Origin: Squalus acanthias
Taxonomy: Eukaryota
Direction of reading: 5' to 3'
Assembly: GCA_030390025.1 (NCBI GenBank)
Contig: CM059432.1
Span: 65,164,001-65,228,000 of the forward strand
Length of the DNA: 64,000 bases
Below, piece by piece: positions 52,339-64,000 of the stretch (position 1 is its first letter; each line of letters begins with the position of its first letter). The notes under the pieces were generated by a model. The model was given only the letters and a program-made list of their open reading frames with translations, was not told where the DNA came from and ran no database searches. A program made the translations under genes and the position numbers.

Positions 52339-53539
52339 TTAACTAAACCGTGCCATTATGAGGCCGTCCCAGGCCTCCCAGGCAGGAATATGCGCTGCTG
52401 CTGGTGCCATCTCCACTTCAGGTTCCTCCTCCTCCTCGTGTTCCTCCTGCTCCTCCTCCTCATTCTTTTCCTCCTCCAAAGATGCCTGCACTCTATGCCT
52501 TGCTCCTCCTGCAGTTCCAATCCTCGCTGCTGTGCTCTTTTGTGCAGAGCGTAGCATACCACGATCATTCTGCAGGCCCTGGCTGGTGCCTATTGGCGCA
52601 CTCCTCCAGATCTGTCCAGGCACCTAAAGTGCATCTTCAGCATCTCGAATGCTTGCTCAATTACACATCTCATCATCATCTAGCTTTGATTGTAGCACTC
52701 TTCAGGCTCATTGCTTGGCCTCCTCAAGAGTGTCATTAGCCACGTCTTCAATGGTTACCCCTTGTCTCCAAATAGCCAGCCAGTATGTCTGGTCAGAGGT
52801 GCGAAGAGCTGAGGGAGGGTGGACTGGCACAGGATGACAGCTCCCTGGGAATCTGGCACACACAAGCATGATGATCTTTTTGTGGTTGCAGACGAGCTGC
52901 ACATTGAGGGAGTGGAAGCCCTTATGGTTCACAAACTTTCCTGGGTGATCTGGGGATACCTTGATGGGCACATGTGTGCAGTTGATGATGCCCTGCAACT
53001 GTGGAAAGCCAGCCAGAGCCGCAAAGCCGAGCGCCCGTTTAGTCTGACTGGCTTCATCAGTTGAAAAGTGTACATAAGGGCCTGACTTGTGAAACATGGC
53101 ATTGGTCACCTGGGTGATGCATTTGTGGGCAGCCGACTGCGAGATCTTGCAAATGTCTGCTGCAGATCCCTAGAAGGAGCCTGAGGCGAAGAAGTTGAGG
53201 GTGGTGGTGACTTTGACAGCCACTGGTAACACCAGGTTCACTTCGCACCAGGTCTTCTTGTAGCAGGCTACAAATGTCTGCCATGACCTGAAGCGATAGC
53301 CTGAGCCTCCTGAGGCACTGCTGTTCAGTCATGTCCAGGAAGCTGATCCTCTGCCTATATACCCTGTGTTGGGGGTATCGCCTTCTGCGAGGTGCACCCC
53401 TGTGCGCATCCCCTCTCTCCTGTGGAGCGGCAGGTTGGTGAGAAGGCTGCTGCTGCGGGTGTTGCTGGTGTTGTTGCTGCTGGGGCTAATCTTGGTCAGA
53501 ATCTGAGGTCCAAGATGACACAGCATAAGCGACACCCAT
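52339..53539 (-). pseudogene. Harbinger (HARBI1-like) DDE transposase, frameshifted
   Basis: [30 protein letters not shown] (first catalytic Asp appears as Asn), [24 protein letters not shown] and an acidic C-terminus, spread over several frames. Confidence 0.88.
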
Positions 53540-54387
53540 GCTGATTTGATAGATGCCAGGTAAAGTGGAGATTAGAGGCACAAGTCTCCAATGTAATGAG
53601 AGTGAATTGCAATGTAATGAGAATAACTTCTGAAGTTGTAGAAATCACCTTCAAACCCCTGAGAGCAAACTCTCAGCACAAATGGTGTCAACAAGAGCCT
53701 TTCCCTTAGGCAAGGAAGCAGGTGTGAGGTGTCAGTATTTATGTGATTTTTTTTTACTATCAATTGTTGAACTCCCACAATGGCCTCTCTGCTCTCGCCT
53801 TGCTTTCATTGGCGAGGTTCAGCAAGCCCGTGAATCCTGTGGACAGCCAGTAAAAGCTCCAACATCAGGTTAAAAAGGCTGTTAATAGCCTCTTAATGAG
53901 CTAACTTTAATTAGCTCACCCGCCTCTCCCGAGGGGGTCTCTGGCGCGCTGACTAATGCGCCTGAGTTAAAGGTGGAAGATGACGGGTTGAAGTCCGCTT
54001 CCCGACGCGCTGTCAATTTCAGCGCTTTTAACTGCCCACCCGCTCGCAAACCTGCACACCCTTCAAAGTTAAAATTCGGCCATTCAAACAGGCAAACCCA
54101 GCGGCATAGACAAAATTACTGCTGACAATCCAACTCCTGGACTCACGTTGACCGGTCTGTGAGGTGGACAGCAAAGCAGCACTGGAGAGTAATGCAGGAG
54201 TTACCACAGAATTTATCGTGGGAGAGTTAGGCCAGTTTTAAACAAGGTGCAGTTATGTGTAGCATCCAATGAGAGGAGAAGACCTGTTGAGAGGAGCTGG
54301 GCCAAGAGCAAAAATCTTGATATTGGCCTTGATCATGAGGGGCTACTTGCAAAATTCTTGTCATCCCTTTGGACATTAAGCTATCGA

Positions 54388-55494
54388 GGCCTACAAATTG
54401 GGTCAGGCTGTGCCCTTTTTATAGGCATAAAACGGGCACCTAAGGGTCCAATACGGTAGGCAGTGTGCATGCGCTCATTCCACGTTTAAGGTTCCTCCGT
54501 AGATATCCAGGCTACACGCCTGAAACAGGTGTTAGGCCCTTTGCCAAATTCGATTGTACATGACCGCAGCATGGTTTAGTCAGGCACTTAGCAGCCAAAC
54601 CAGTGGTCCTTAGGGGGACTGCTGGAGGCTGCCATCAGAAAATTTGGTTGCAACATTTTTACTTACCTTACTGTGGAGCCGGGATCCAATTGTGTACTGA
54701 TTTACAATTTTAATACAATGATGTATATGGGACCCCAATGGAATTTTAACCTATTGGAAAGCCAATGAGACCCGGTAAGCTACGTTAAAAAAACATTTCC
54801 TAGTTTTTTTTACTAACAGTGAAAGTCCAGGCCTCAGTTCCCACCACCACCCTACTCCCCCCCCCCCCCCACCCCTCCACCCCCCCCACCCAACCACAAG
54901 GCCCTGCAAACATCACTCTCCCAGACTTACCTTGCTGCTGTCGGGCTTCTTCCAATGCTAATGGGTGGCTTCTGGGCCGCCCGGTTTTTGGCCAGCTGCT
55001 GTTTTCTGCCGAAATTGGATGAATGGCTGACAAGCGCAATTTCAAATGAAGTTCATCAGTTATAACCTGTCAGACCGCCTACTCACAATCCTGCGCTGAT
55101 GGTCGTCCGCTCCCACTGGCCTCAAGTTGGCTTCGCACAAGGGATAGCTTTCGCCATTGGCATACTGCTCTATGCCATCAAAATGGAGGAGGATTTGCAA
55201 CCGTGGTCTATCCAGGCCAGAAGAATCAAGCAGCATGGCAGAGGACAGCAGCCCACCAGCCCACCACCCCCCCCCCTGTCCCCACAATGTGTGTGCAGGC
55301 CCCACCAGTTCTACGAGGACCTGTCTGAGGAGCTGTGGAAGTCAGTACACCCAGTTTGTAATACTCCTAATTTTCCTGCCATTTAAATTAAGGATAGAAA
55401 ATTGTGAGCGCTACAAATCTGGCTCGTTGACCTTTGCATATAATTTCCTGATCTGCACTCCTGTCGAGCGAGATTGTCTCACAATTTCAGGGCT
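54388..55494. mobile_element. Probable Harbinger-type MITE
   Basis: Termini GGCCTACAAATTG / CAATTTCAGGGCT; shares blocks with 18310-18862; no clear TSD. Confidence 0.55.
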
Positions 55495-55809
55495 TTAATG
55501 TAAAACACTTTATGCTCAGATCCCCCAATGTGGAATTTCAAGGAAAATTTGGCACCTAAAGTAATGGAAAATACTGACATCGACAGTAACTCTCCAATAA
55601 GAAAGCTCTGAAAAGGTATATATCATATTAAACAAATGTCAGGGACTTTCTTTTAAGATTATAACACACAGGACATTTGAGATAATAGTTTATGTTGCCC
55701 ACACCACTTGAATGCGACTTCCTAACATATGTACAGCCATCAGTTATGCTTTGTATAGTAATCACAACATCCAATGTTAATATAACAAATCACGTGTAAA
55801 GAAATGTAC

Positions 55810-55968
55810 CTTTGGGCTGCACGTTTAACTGCACTGGAACTCGTTTAACTTGCACGACACTGATAGCCTGGCATTCATATTGGCCCTGATCATGGGGGGC
55901 TACTTCCACAATTCTCAGTGTTCCTGTGGGTAACACTACATGTCTTCTGTCACTGGGGAGCTGACCTC
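55810..55968 (-). CDS. PXDNL: Peroxidasin-like protein, internal exon (second half of Ig domain 3); absent from the ORF track
   Basis: Acceptor tgctttacag|GA and donor AAAG|gtaca; 159 nt, phase 1-1. Manual translation: (G)[52 protein letters not shown]. Confidence 0.92.
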
Positions 55969-56021
55969 CTGTAAAGCAGAGAGCAGCGAAGCATTTCTTC
56001 AGTCAGTGCAAGAAAACCATT

Positions 56022-57162
56022 CATAGAATCATAGAACTTTACGGCACAGAAGGAGGCCATTCGACCCATCGTGTCTGTGCCGGCCGAAAAAGAGCTATCC
56101 AGCCTAATCCCACTTTCCAGCTCTTGACCCGTACCCTTGTAGGTTATGGCACTTCAAGTGCATATCCAAGTACTTTTTAAATGTGATGAGCATTTCTGCC
56201 TCTACCACCCTTTCAGGCAGTGAATTCCAGACCTCCACCACCCTCTGAGTGAAAAAAGTTCTCCTCAACTCTCCTCTAATCCTTCTACCAATTACTTTAA
56301 ATCTATGACCCTGGTTATTGACCTCTCTGCTAGGGGAAATAGGTCCTTCCTATCCACTCTATCTAGACCCCTCATAATTTTATACACCTCAATCAAGTCT
56401 CCCCTCAGCCTCCTCTTTTCCAATGAAAACAACCCCAGCCTATCCAATCTTTCCTCATAGCTAAAATTCTCCAGTCCTGACAACATCCTTGTAAATCTCC
56501 TCCGAAACCCTCTCCAGTGCAATCACATCTATCCTGTAATGTGGTGACCAGAACTGTACACAGTACTCTAGCTGTGGCCTAACTAGTGTTTCATACAGTT
56601 CAAGCATAACATCCTTGCTCTTATATTCTATGCCTCGGCTAATAGAGGAAAGTATCCCATACGTCTTCTTAACCACCTTATCTACCTTTCCTGCTACCTT
56701 CAGGAATCTGTGGACATGCACTCCAAGATCCCTCTGTTCCTCTACACTTCTCAGTACCCTACCATTTATTGTGTATTCCCTTGCCTTGTTAGCCCTCCCC
56801 AAATGCATTGCCTCACACTTCTCCGGCTTGAATTTCATTTGCCCCTTTTCTGCCCACCTGACCAGTCCATTGATATCTTCCTGCAGTCTACAGCTTTCTT
56901 CCTCACCATCAACCGCACGGCCAATTTTGGTATCATCTTAATCATGCTCCCTACATTGAAGTCTAAATCATTTATGTATACCACAGAAAGCAAGGGACCT
57001 ATACTGAGCCCCGCAGAACCCCACTGGAAACAGCTTTCCGGTCACAAAAACATCCGTTGATCATTACCCTTTGCTTCCTGCCACTGAGCCAATTTTGGAT
57101 GCAACTTGCCACTTTCCCTTGGATCCCATGGGCTTTTACTTTTCTGACCAGTCTGCCATTGT
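56022..57162 (-). mobile_element. CR1 LINE 3' portion, same family as 38797-40924
   Basis: KVKAHGIQGKVAS, KF.PEKCEAMHLGRANKAREYT, LEYCVQFWSPHYR; (ATTCTATG)n tail ends about 53 nt upstream of the 55968 splice acceptor. Confidence 0.94.
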
Positions 57163-57556
57163 TCTGATTATATATCATTAAAATAGCAGTAAATGTAAAA
57201 CTCTTTTCCATTGATCCTATGGACCAGGCTGGTTCTTTGCTCCATAGTACTTATTGCTGAAAGTATTTTTATTATCACAATGATTACAAAGAGGAGCATA
57301 TCTTAAAAAAAATTGTGATTGATTTGGCATTCGTGTGTAGGACAACATGATTGGCATCGCACACTTGCTAGACATTAATAGAGTGACAGCTTTTCCTATT
57401 TATAAAATTGAGGTAGTTGTTATATAGAAATTTGAGTGCCATGTGTTCCAACAATTTCTCCTTGCACCTGTGACAATCCTGCCAGTCTGTAGAACTGGAT
57501 AGCTCTCCTTCTTTGTTTGCATCTATTTGTAAGGATATTAATTGTGCCCTCCACAA

Positions 57557-58750
57557 TAAGAACATAGGAACAGGAGTACGCCTTTCAGCTTCTCGAGCCT
57601 GTTCTGCCATTAAATTAGATCATGGCTGATCTGTAACTCAACTCCATTTACCCGCCTTTGATCTATATCCCTTGATATCCTTACCTAATAAAAATCTATC
57701 GACCTCAGTCTTGAAAATTTCAATTGACCCAGCATCCACAGCCTTCTGAGGGAGAGAATTTCAGATTTGTACTACCATTTATGTGAAAAAGTGCTTCCTG
57801 ATTTTACCACTGAATAGCCTAGCTCTAATTTTAAGATTGTGTCCCCTTGTTCTGGATTCCCCTGGCAGAGGAAATAGATTCTCTGTATCTACCCTATCGA
57901 ATCCTTTTATCATTTTAAACACCTCAATTAGATCACCCCTCAAACTTCTAAACTCAAGGGAATAAAAGCCAAGTTTAAGAAACCTGTCATAATTTAACCC
58001 TTTAAGACCTGATATCATTCTGGTGAATCTGCGCTGCACCATTTCCAAGGCCAATATATCTTTCCTGAGGTGCGGTGCCCAAAACTTAACACAGTTCTCC
58101 AGATAGGGTCTTCAACTGAAGCATAACACTGAGATAAAGGCCAACAGTTCATTAGCCTTTTTGATTACTTTTTGTACCTGTGCACTAGCTTTCAATGATG
58201 TATGTACCTGGACACCCAAATCCCTTTGCTCCTCTACAGATCCTCGTTTCTTGTCATTAAGAAAATATTCTGATTTATCTTTCTTGGAATCAAAGTGGAA
58301 GACCTCACACTTCCCCACATTGAACTACATCTGCCACAGTTGTGCCCGCTTAATCTGTCTATGTCCTTTTGCAACTTCCTTCCTGCATCTATGCAAATTA
58401 CTGTGCATCCTAACTTAGTGTCATCTGCAAACTATGATATACCACAATCTATTCCTTCATCCAAGTCATTGATATACATGGTGAAAAGCTGAGGCCCCAG
58501 TACAGATCCCTGGGGAACACCACACCCTGCCAATCAGAGTACATTCCCTTTATCTCTACTCTCTGTCTCCTACCTCCCAACCAATTACCAGCCCATGTCA
58601 CAAGGTTACCTCCAATTCCGTGCACTTCATTTTTTGAAAATTATCTCTTGTGTGTTACCTTATCAAATGCTTTCTGGTGTTCCATATAGACAACATCCAT
58701 AGATACTCCCCTGCCCACCACATTAGTGGCCTCCTCAAAAAATTCAACTA
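57557..58750 (-). mobile_element. CR1 LINE fragment, degraded
   Basis: VQRRFTRMISGL...RGDLIEVFKMIKGFD and KCEVFHF; tail at about 57557. Confidence 0.9.
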
Positions 58751-58754
58751 TAGA

Positions 58755-59020
58755 GCATCTGGGAGCTTCTCGACGTAGTAGCAAGCAGCTGCCTGTTTAA
58801 TGTGGCATAGATCCAGCCCCAAAGAAATACAAGGTAGTGGTGACTTTGACTGGTACGACAGTGCTGTTCTCCTGGTGGAAGTGAGCTGCAGGTTTTCAGC
58901 CGGCAGTTGATATGTTTTCCTAATGATCTTTGGGGTAAGGACAGCCTTCTGAGGCACTGATGATCAGAAAAATCTAAGCAAAACATTCTAAGGGCTTCAA
59001 ATCTAGCCTCTTCCATATCA
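58755..59020 (-). mobile_element. Harbinger transposase N-terminal fragment
   Basis: FCLDFSDHQCLRRLSL resembles the SFLDMTEQQCLRRLRL segment of the 52339-53539 transposase. Confidence 0.6.
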
Positions 59021-59505
59021 TAGGAACATAGGAACATATCCTCCTCCTCCTCCTCATAGCATTATGTCCAGGCCCTCATGTAAGCCCTTAGCTTATGCCC
59101 TAATTTCAATCGTGGCCCTTCACTCCATTGAAAAGTAGCTCTCTTCTGTGCTCAGTTCAGTTTTGAGACAAAGTTCTCATATTGTTTGTGCCGAACCTAA
59201 ATAGAATACTTTACATCTCTTTACAAAACTTTGTGTTAATAGAATCTGTGAAAGATAATCAAAAGCTTAAGAGAAGGAAGTTTTGTAAGGTTGGATATTA
59301 AAATTTACAAAGGGTAGCAGTTATCCATGCAGCAAGTACTTGATTTGAACGATATTACTCTTGATCACACTTTCAAGTAGTTTATTAAGTTGCAATAATA
59401 CAGCTTAACATACAAGTATAAGACATTATTATGGGTCAATTATAATACAACCCAAAAAGTAATACAGTACCCAGTAATTGTGAAGGTTCACTTCGTATAA
59501 AATAC

Positions 59506-59622
59506 CTGCTTTGGTCCAAGCGATGACTGGAGTTGGATTACCTTCAGCTGCACAGTCAAAGTCTACAGTATGCCCCTCAATGACCACCTGGTCCTTGGGA
59601 GTGACTGTGAATCTAGGGGGAG
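59506..59622 (-). CDS. PXDNL: Peroxidasin-like protein, internal exon (first half of Ig domain 3)
   Basis: Acceptor ttatatccag|CT and donor GCAG|gtatt; 117 nt, phase 1-1. Translates (A)[38 protein letters not shown](G), matching a peroxidasin Ig domain. Confidence 0.92.
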
Positions 59623-60034
59623 CTGGATATAAAACAAATGTAATGATTAACATCGAATATTATCAGTAGATAAATGTGGAGAAAATAAATCAAATAAAGA
59701 TAAACTCCCATATTGCAACACTTCTTTAGGTTTATATAAACTTAATGAAGCTTTACAGCTATAAATAAAACATGACATTCCATCCAACTGTGCAGTGTAT
59801 CTGATCGCAGATAGATTAATGCATACCTGAAGATTGATCAGACATCACTTAATTATTCCAGACTTGACAGCAATATAAGTTATTAGAATTGGCTATAAAT
59901 AATGTTGCGATTGCAGTCATTTCACACAGTCCTCGAATTAACATACTAAAATTTACTTGTAGTGAGCTCATCTGTCCATCATCATCAGGGTTATCTGGCA
60001 AATCATACACTTAAATGCATTTGGTGTGAGAGTA

Positions 60035-61702
60035 AGGCCTAGATTTTTCTGGACCCGTCAAAGAAATGGTAGGTTAGGATTTCTGTCTGCTCACATGATC
60101 CCACCACTCCATTTTCCTTGTGAGGGGTGGGGGCTAGCATCATATGCAGGCTAGGTTTAGAGTGGGAGTCTTGCTCCTGAATGGTTCTCTGCCACTAGGA
60201 GGAAGGAAAATTGGGTTTAGCTACAGCAGTACAAAGCCTACTGCAGCTTAAAGAGCCAGGAGCACAACATTTCCATTACATGTTAAAGCTCAAGTAACAA
60301 CTCCTATGGCAGAAGACGAATCAACATCGGGAGGGCCTGCAATTGACAAAGCCTCAATTTTCTGAAGTTCTTTTGGAGGTCATGTTGGCAGAAATAAGGG
60401 CAAGAAGAGAAAAGCCCTTTGGTATCCTGGAAAGGAGGTCCTAGTAAAAGGAGGTTCAGGAAGTTTGGAGGAAGATGGCTAAGGTGGTCAGTGCCACCTC
60501 AACCACCTGACAAACAGCTATTCAGTGCCATAAATGTTTTAATGACCTCATCAGGTTGGCCAAGATAAGTGAATGCACAAGTATCCATACGATGGAAGCA
60601 TGACTCAATTTCGCACCATTGCAGTGTAAAGAAGAGATGAATGAGACTGTTATTAAGCACAATGTACGCACACCAAAACACCCCTACCCCCCATCCATTT
60701 GTGGCCACACATCCCTCTCCTATCATTCCACTGTCCCATATCAAAATTCTTGCAGTGTTTGAGTGAAAAGTGAAGAGATTGCTGCATTACCTGCACCTGA
60801 AAGAATTATTACAGTAGAATGTCTGCATGCACCTGGGTGAAATTAATATTGTGAATTAGTCAGCTGCCTGTCTACATCTCTTTGCTCTTTGCATTGAACC
60901 AAAGGCAAAGAAGTGCCATGGATGGAGGAACAGAAACCATCAAGCCCCTGAGTAGATATGAGGAGGAAGCTTTACAACTCCTGGGCTTACATACTGAGGA
61001 GGCAGTGGGAAATGGAAAAGAACTGTCAGGATAAGCTTTGTAATGGGGATTGATCACTTAGAGTACTGTAAGTGTTCATGGTCTTCAGACATTCTGATTA
61101 CTTGAAAGGCCTCCTATCATTGCTCAGTCATATTTTTTGATTTGCCGATTTGAGTTCATCTTCCTAAACTGAATGTCCATTGTATTCTTCATAAGTGCTG
61201 GACCTTTCGAGAAGGAAGATCTAACATGCAGCCTGACAGCTCCACACACCCATTCCTCCACCTGATTTACAAACTCTGTCACGGCACCTTATTTATTAAA
61301 GCACCAGTCCAGATACAATCACTCAGGAGGAGGTAACTAGAAAGAAAGAAAGACTTGCATTTATATAGCGCCTTTCATGACCTCAGGACATCCCAATGCA
61401 CTTTATAGACAATGAAGTACTTTTTGAAGTGGGCAGCCAATTTGCGCACTGCAAGCTCCCACAAACAGCAATCTGATAATGACCAAATAGTCTGTTTTAG
61501 TGATGTTGATTGAGGGATAAATATTGACTAGGACACCGGGATAACTCCCCTGCTTTTCTTCAAAATAGTGCCACCTAAGAGGGCAGACGGGGCCTCGGTT
61601 TAATGTCTTATCTGAAGATGGAACCTCCGACAGTACTGCACTGGGAGTGTCAGCCTAGATTTTTCTGCTCAAGTCTGTGGAGTGGGGCTTGAACCCACAA
61701 CT

Positions 61703-61736
<34 letters not shown>

Positions 61737-62410
61737 GTATGGCTGACATACTAGTGAGGCAGAGAGTATATCAAAGGGTGAATCATAGAGCACTACTGAG
61801 CAGGAGGAGCTGGGAGAGAATGAGAAGGAAACAGCATCTCTCTTTGAAAGGGCAGAAATGACTCCACTGTGCTGAGGAGCCCAAGGACCAAGATCGGAGG
61901 GCAAAGTCTATAAAAGAGCTCTGATTCTGGAGCATAGATTTCATGTGCAAGCAGTGGAGACAGTCTCATCTCAGGTGTTGCAAATAGTGAATAGCTTGGA
62001 GGAATCCACAAACCACATTTGCAATGTCATGAAGGAGATATGGAATGACATGAAGAACACCCTGGTGAGTGTTGCAATCCAGCAAAGTTGTGCAGCATCA
62101 AGATGTGATGAGAGCTCCTAAAGGCAATTGTTGTTTCAGAGTGGCAGCAGTGACTGCATACCCTGAAGAGCACCCAAGCTCAGGGCTTTCCATGGACTTA
62201 ATTGGGAATATCTGGTTTGCTCTAATGCAGACCATTAGCCCAACTAAGCCTGTGCTCATGATAGTGATAACAGAGCTGCATCAATCCAGCCCCCTCTAAT
62301 GCCAGCACAGGAGGGAGCTCCTGGCCTCGGCCTGGTAGGCATTAAACAAACAGTAACAGGACACCGTAGGAAGGTTCTGCAAGGACATCAGCATCACTCA
62401 GTCCTTGAGG
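60035..62410 (+). mobile_element. Old Harbinger relic with a degraded Myb gene, interrupted by a SINE
   Basis: Left end GGCCTAGATTTT. About 60306-60565 reads EVMLAEIRARRE...WRKMAKVVSA...IQCHKCFNDLIRL; about 60900-61030 reads DGGTETIKPLSRYEEEALQLLG. The right boundary is uncertain. Confidence 0.62.
61341..61749 (-). mobile_element. Near full-length tRNA-headed DeuSINE/SacSINE1-like SINE
   Basis: The minus-strand head has A-box-like CCTCAGTGGGTAG and B-box GGTTCAAGCCC; L2-like 3' tail ending in (CTTT)n; possible TSD ACTAG at 61336-61340 and 61750-61754. Confidence 0.85.
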
Positions 62411-62419
62411 GCGCCACTG

Positions 62420-62840
62420 CTTTAGATGATGCTGCCAAAGGGCAGCATGTAGATTGGAAAGAGGAGGGGGCCAAAAATAAATCCTTGGGGGACTATGAAG
62501 CTAACAGTGCAGGGGCAAAAAGAAAATACATTGCTAGAGATGCTCTGTCTACTATCGGATAGGTAAAAGTGGAACCAAGCAAGGGCAGTCCTACCAAGTT
62601 GGACAATGGTGGAGAGGATTTGGAGGAGGATGGCGTGGTTGTCCATGTCAAAATTTGCAAAGGGGTCGAGGAGGATGAGAGCGGACAATATACTATGGTC
62701 ATGGTCACAGAGAATACCGTTTGCGACTTTGATTCGAGCCGTTTCTGTACTGTGGGAGATGCAGAAACCTAATCGGAGAGATTTAAACAGTGATTTGCGG
62801 CAAAAATTGTCACAAATTTGGGAGACGACAAAGACTTCAT
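62420..62840 (-). mobile_element. L2 LINE RT fragment
   Basis: LILLD..ANFD..NHAILL...TALAWF..YLSD.RQ...VPQG.IFGPLLF.IYMLP.GSII. Confidence 0.85.
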
Positions 62841-63143
62841 GAGTTGCATGGCCTTCTCCTCATAGGGCAAGAGGTGTTTCGAAGGAGGAATAAATCATTG
62901 CAGTTTCCAGCATATCTGGCATTGAAAATTGAAATGTAGGATCCTGTGCATGTTGTCATACACAATTTGTACACTGTGGGAGAGGAAGCCCTTCCTGTTT
63001 AGGTAGTTGAGAGGATTTTCTGTAGGAATTCGCAAAGCAATGTGGGCGCCATCCATTGCACCCTGGACCCTGATGGTCCTATCTCCCTGCTACCTTGCCA
63101 TGATGTCAAAGGTGATGAATTTGCCAGTTCTGCTGTAGATATA

Positions 63144-64000
63144 GGGCTAGAAATTCGTTATAGCCAAGGAAAGGGCAGTGTCAGTAGAAAAGTTGGAGAA
63201 TTAGCGGCAAGCGCAAATGCTTTAGACTGCATGAAAAATTTGTGCTCATTGCTCAATAAAATGATTGGAGTCCTAAATCAAGTCTTAAAACCCAAGCTCA
63301 TTGGCATTAAACTTAAAGGGTGCACCAATATTGGGTGCAGTCTAATCACAATTCATAATTGCCACAGGCTTTTTACACTACTTAAAGGGGAGGTTCATTG
63401 ATGCTGCAGCACCTCATTCTCAGCATTGCTGGCTGTGCAGCTACTTCAGCAAGCAGAAGCAGGACAAGGAGAAGGAGCCGGAGGACTGAAGCAGGTATGC
63501 TCATGGCAGGTCCATGCTCCAGGGAGAGAGCCCACAGATTCTCCGATGAAGCATTAGAGGCATTGGTTTTCACTGTGGAGAGACGGAGGGCGGTGCTCTA
63601 CCTGGCAAGAGGTTGGAGACCCTCACCACAAGTCTTCCACACCATGTGGAGGGAGGTAGTGCAGCACTGTGATCCCCAGGACCCACACACAATGCAGGAA
63701 GAATTTTAACAACCTCACTCGGATGGTCAGGGTGAGTGAATGCTTCAACAAATGCTACATACCACCATCTGTACCACAATCTTCACACACTGCCCAAAGC
63801 ACCACACCCCCAGCACTCACCCACCAACAATCTCTACCTACCAACATTCACACCCACATCTCACACCTTGCACACAATGACAGCTATTCGACTATGGCAG
63901 GCACACCACCCAAACACATTGCTCCACACTCACTCACACACTTTCCTTACTCTTGCAGGCCAAGGTGGCTCACAACAGGAGAGAGCAGGAGCGCACAGGT
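63144..64000 (+). mobile_element. Left end of another Harbinger element: Myb exon 1, intron and start of exon 2, running off the window
   Basis: Terminus GGGCTAGAAATTCG. Exon 1 at 63503-63731 reads RERAHRFSDEALEALV...TQCRKNFNNLTRMVR|gtgagt with one frameshift. Exon 2 starts at 63959 (AKVAHNRREQERTG). Confidence 0.82.

Larger units (their letters stand above)
48210..54081. mobile_element. Near full-length PIF/Harbinger DNA transposon (convergent Myb/SANT gene and DDE transposase), inactivated, with two nested MITEs
   Basis: TIR GGCTGAATTTTTACTTTG / CAAAGTTAAAATTCGGCC (16/18 match); ATT on both flanks; two convergent genes, as expected for Harbinger. Confidence 0.9.

Noticed and set aside
52339..53539. 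Host HARBI1 gene
   Set aside because: It is frameshifted, the first catalytic Asp is altered, and it sits within TIRs next to a Myb partner gene, so it is a transposon relic.
61670..61749. tRNA gene
   Set aside because: The A/B boxes are the head of a SINE and continue directly into the SINE body.

Overview
This is eukaryotic vertebrate genomic DNA, most likely from a cartilaginous fish (shark). That is inferred from SacSINE1/DeuSINE-type SINEs, dense CR1 LINEs and many Harbinger families. The whole window lies inside one large minus-strand peroxidasin-family gene. I mapped eight consecutive coding exons with GT-AG boundaries and matching phases: 59506-59622, 55810-55968, 43476-43588, 36691-36847, 35940-36048, 27097-27254, 20996-22499 and 8066-8200. 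They encode Ig domains 3-4, the linker and most of the haem-peroxidase domain; both ends of the gene lie outside the window. Diagnostic residues fit PXDNL better than PXDN. Unlike human PXDNL as I recall it, every catalytic and haem-binding residue here is intact. The introns are mostly transposon-derived: about 12 CR1 fragments (one young copy nested in an older CR1), L2 relics, an RTE element flanked by a 123-bp duplication, SINEs, a 19-bp minisatellite, and many PIF/Harbinger elements. The Harbinger set includes a near full-length two-gene copy (Myb/SANT gene plus DDE transposase) with two nested MITEs, Myb-retaining deletion derivatives, and MITEs with a conserved hairpin, NRF1/ETS-like motifs and clustered splice donors. 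The best leads are a probably active PXDNL, a candidate cryptic exon that could act as a poison exon or start a peroxidase-only isoform, and the promoter/splice-donor-like MITE cassette. I see no firm evidence for a wholly new biological system, and all family names come from recall rather than database searches.
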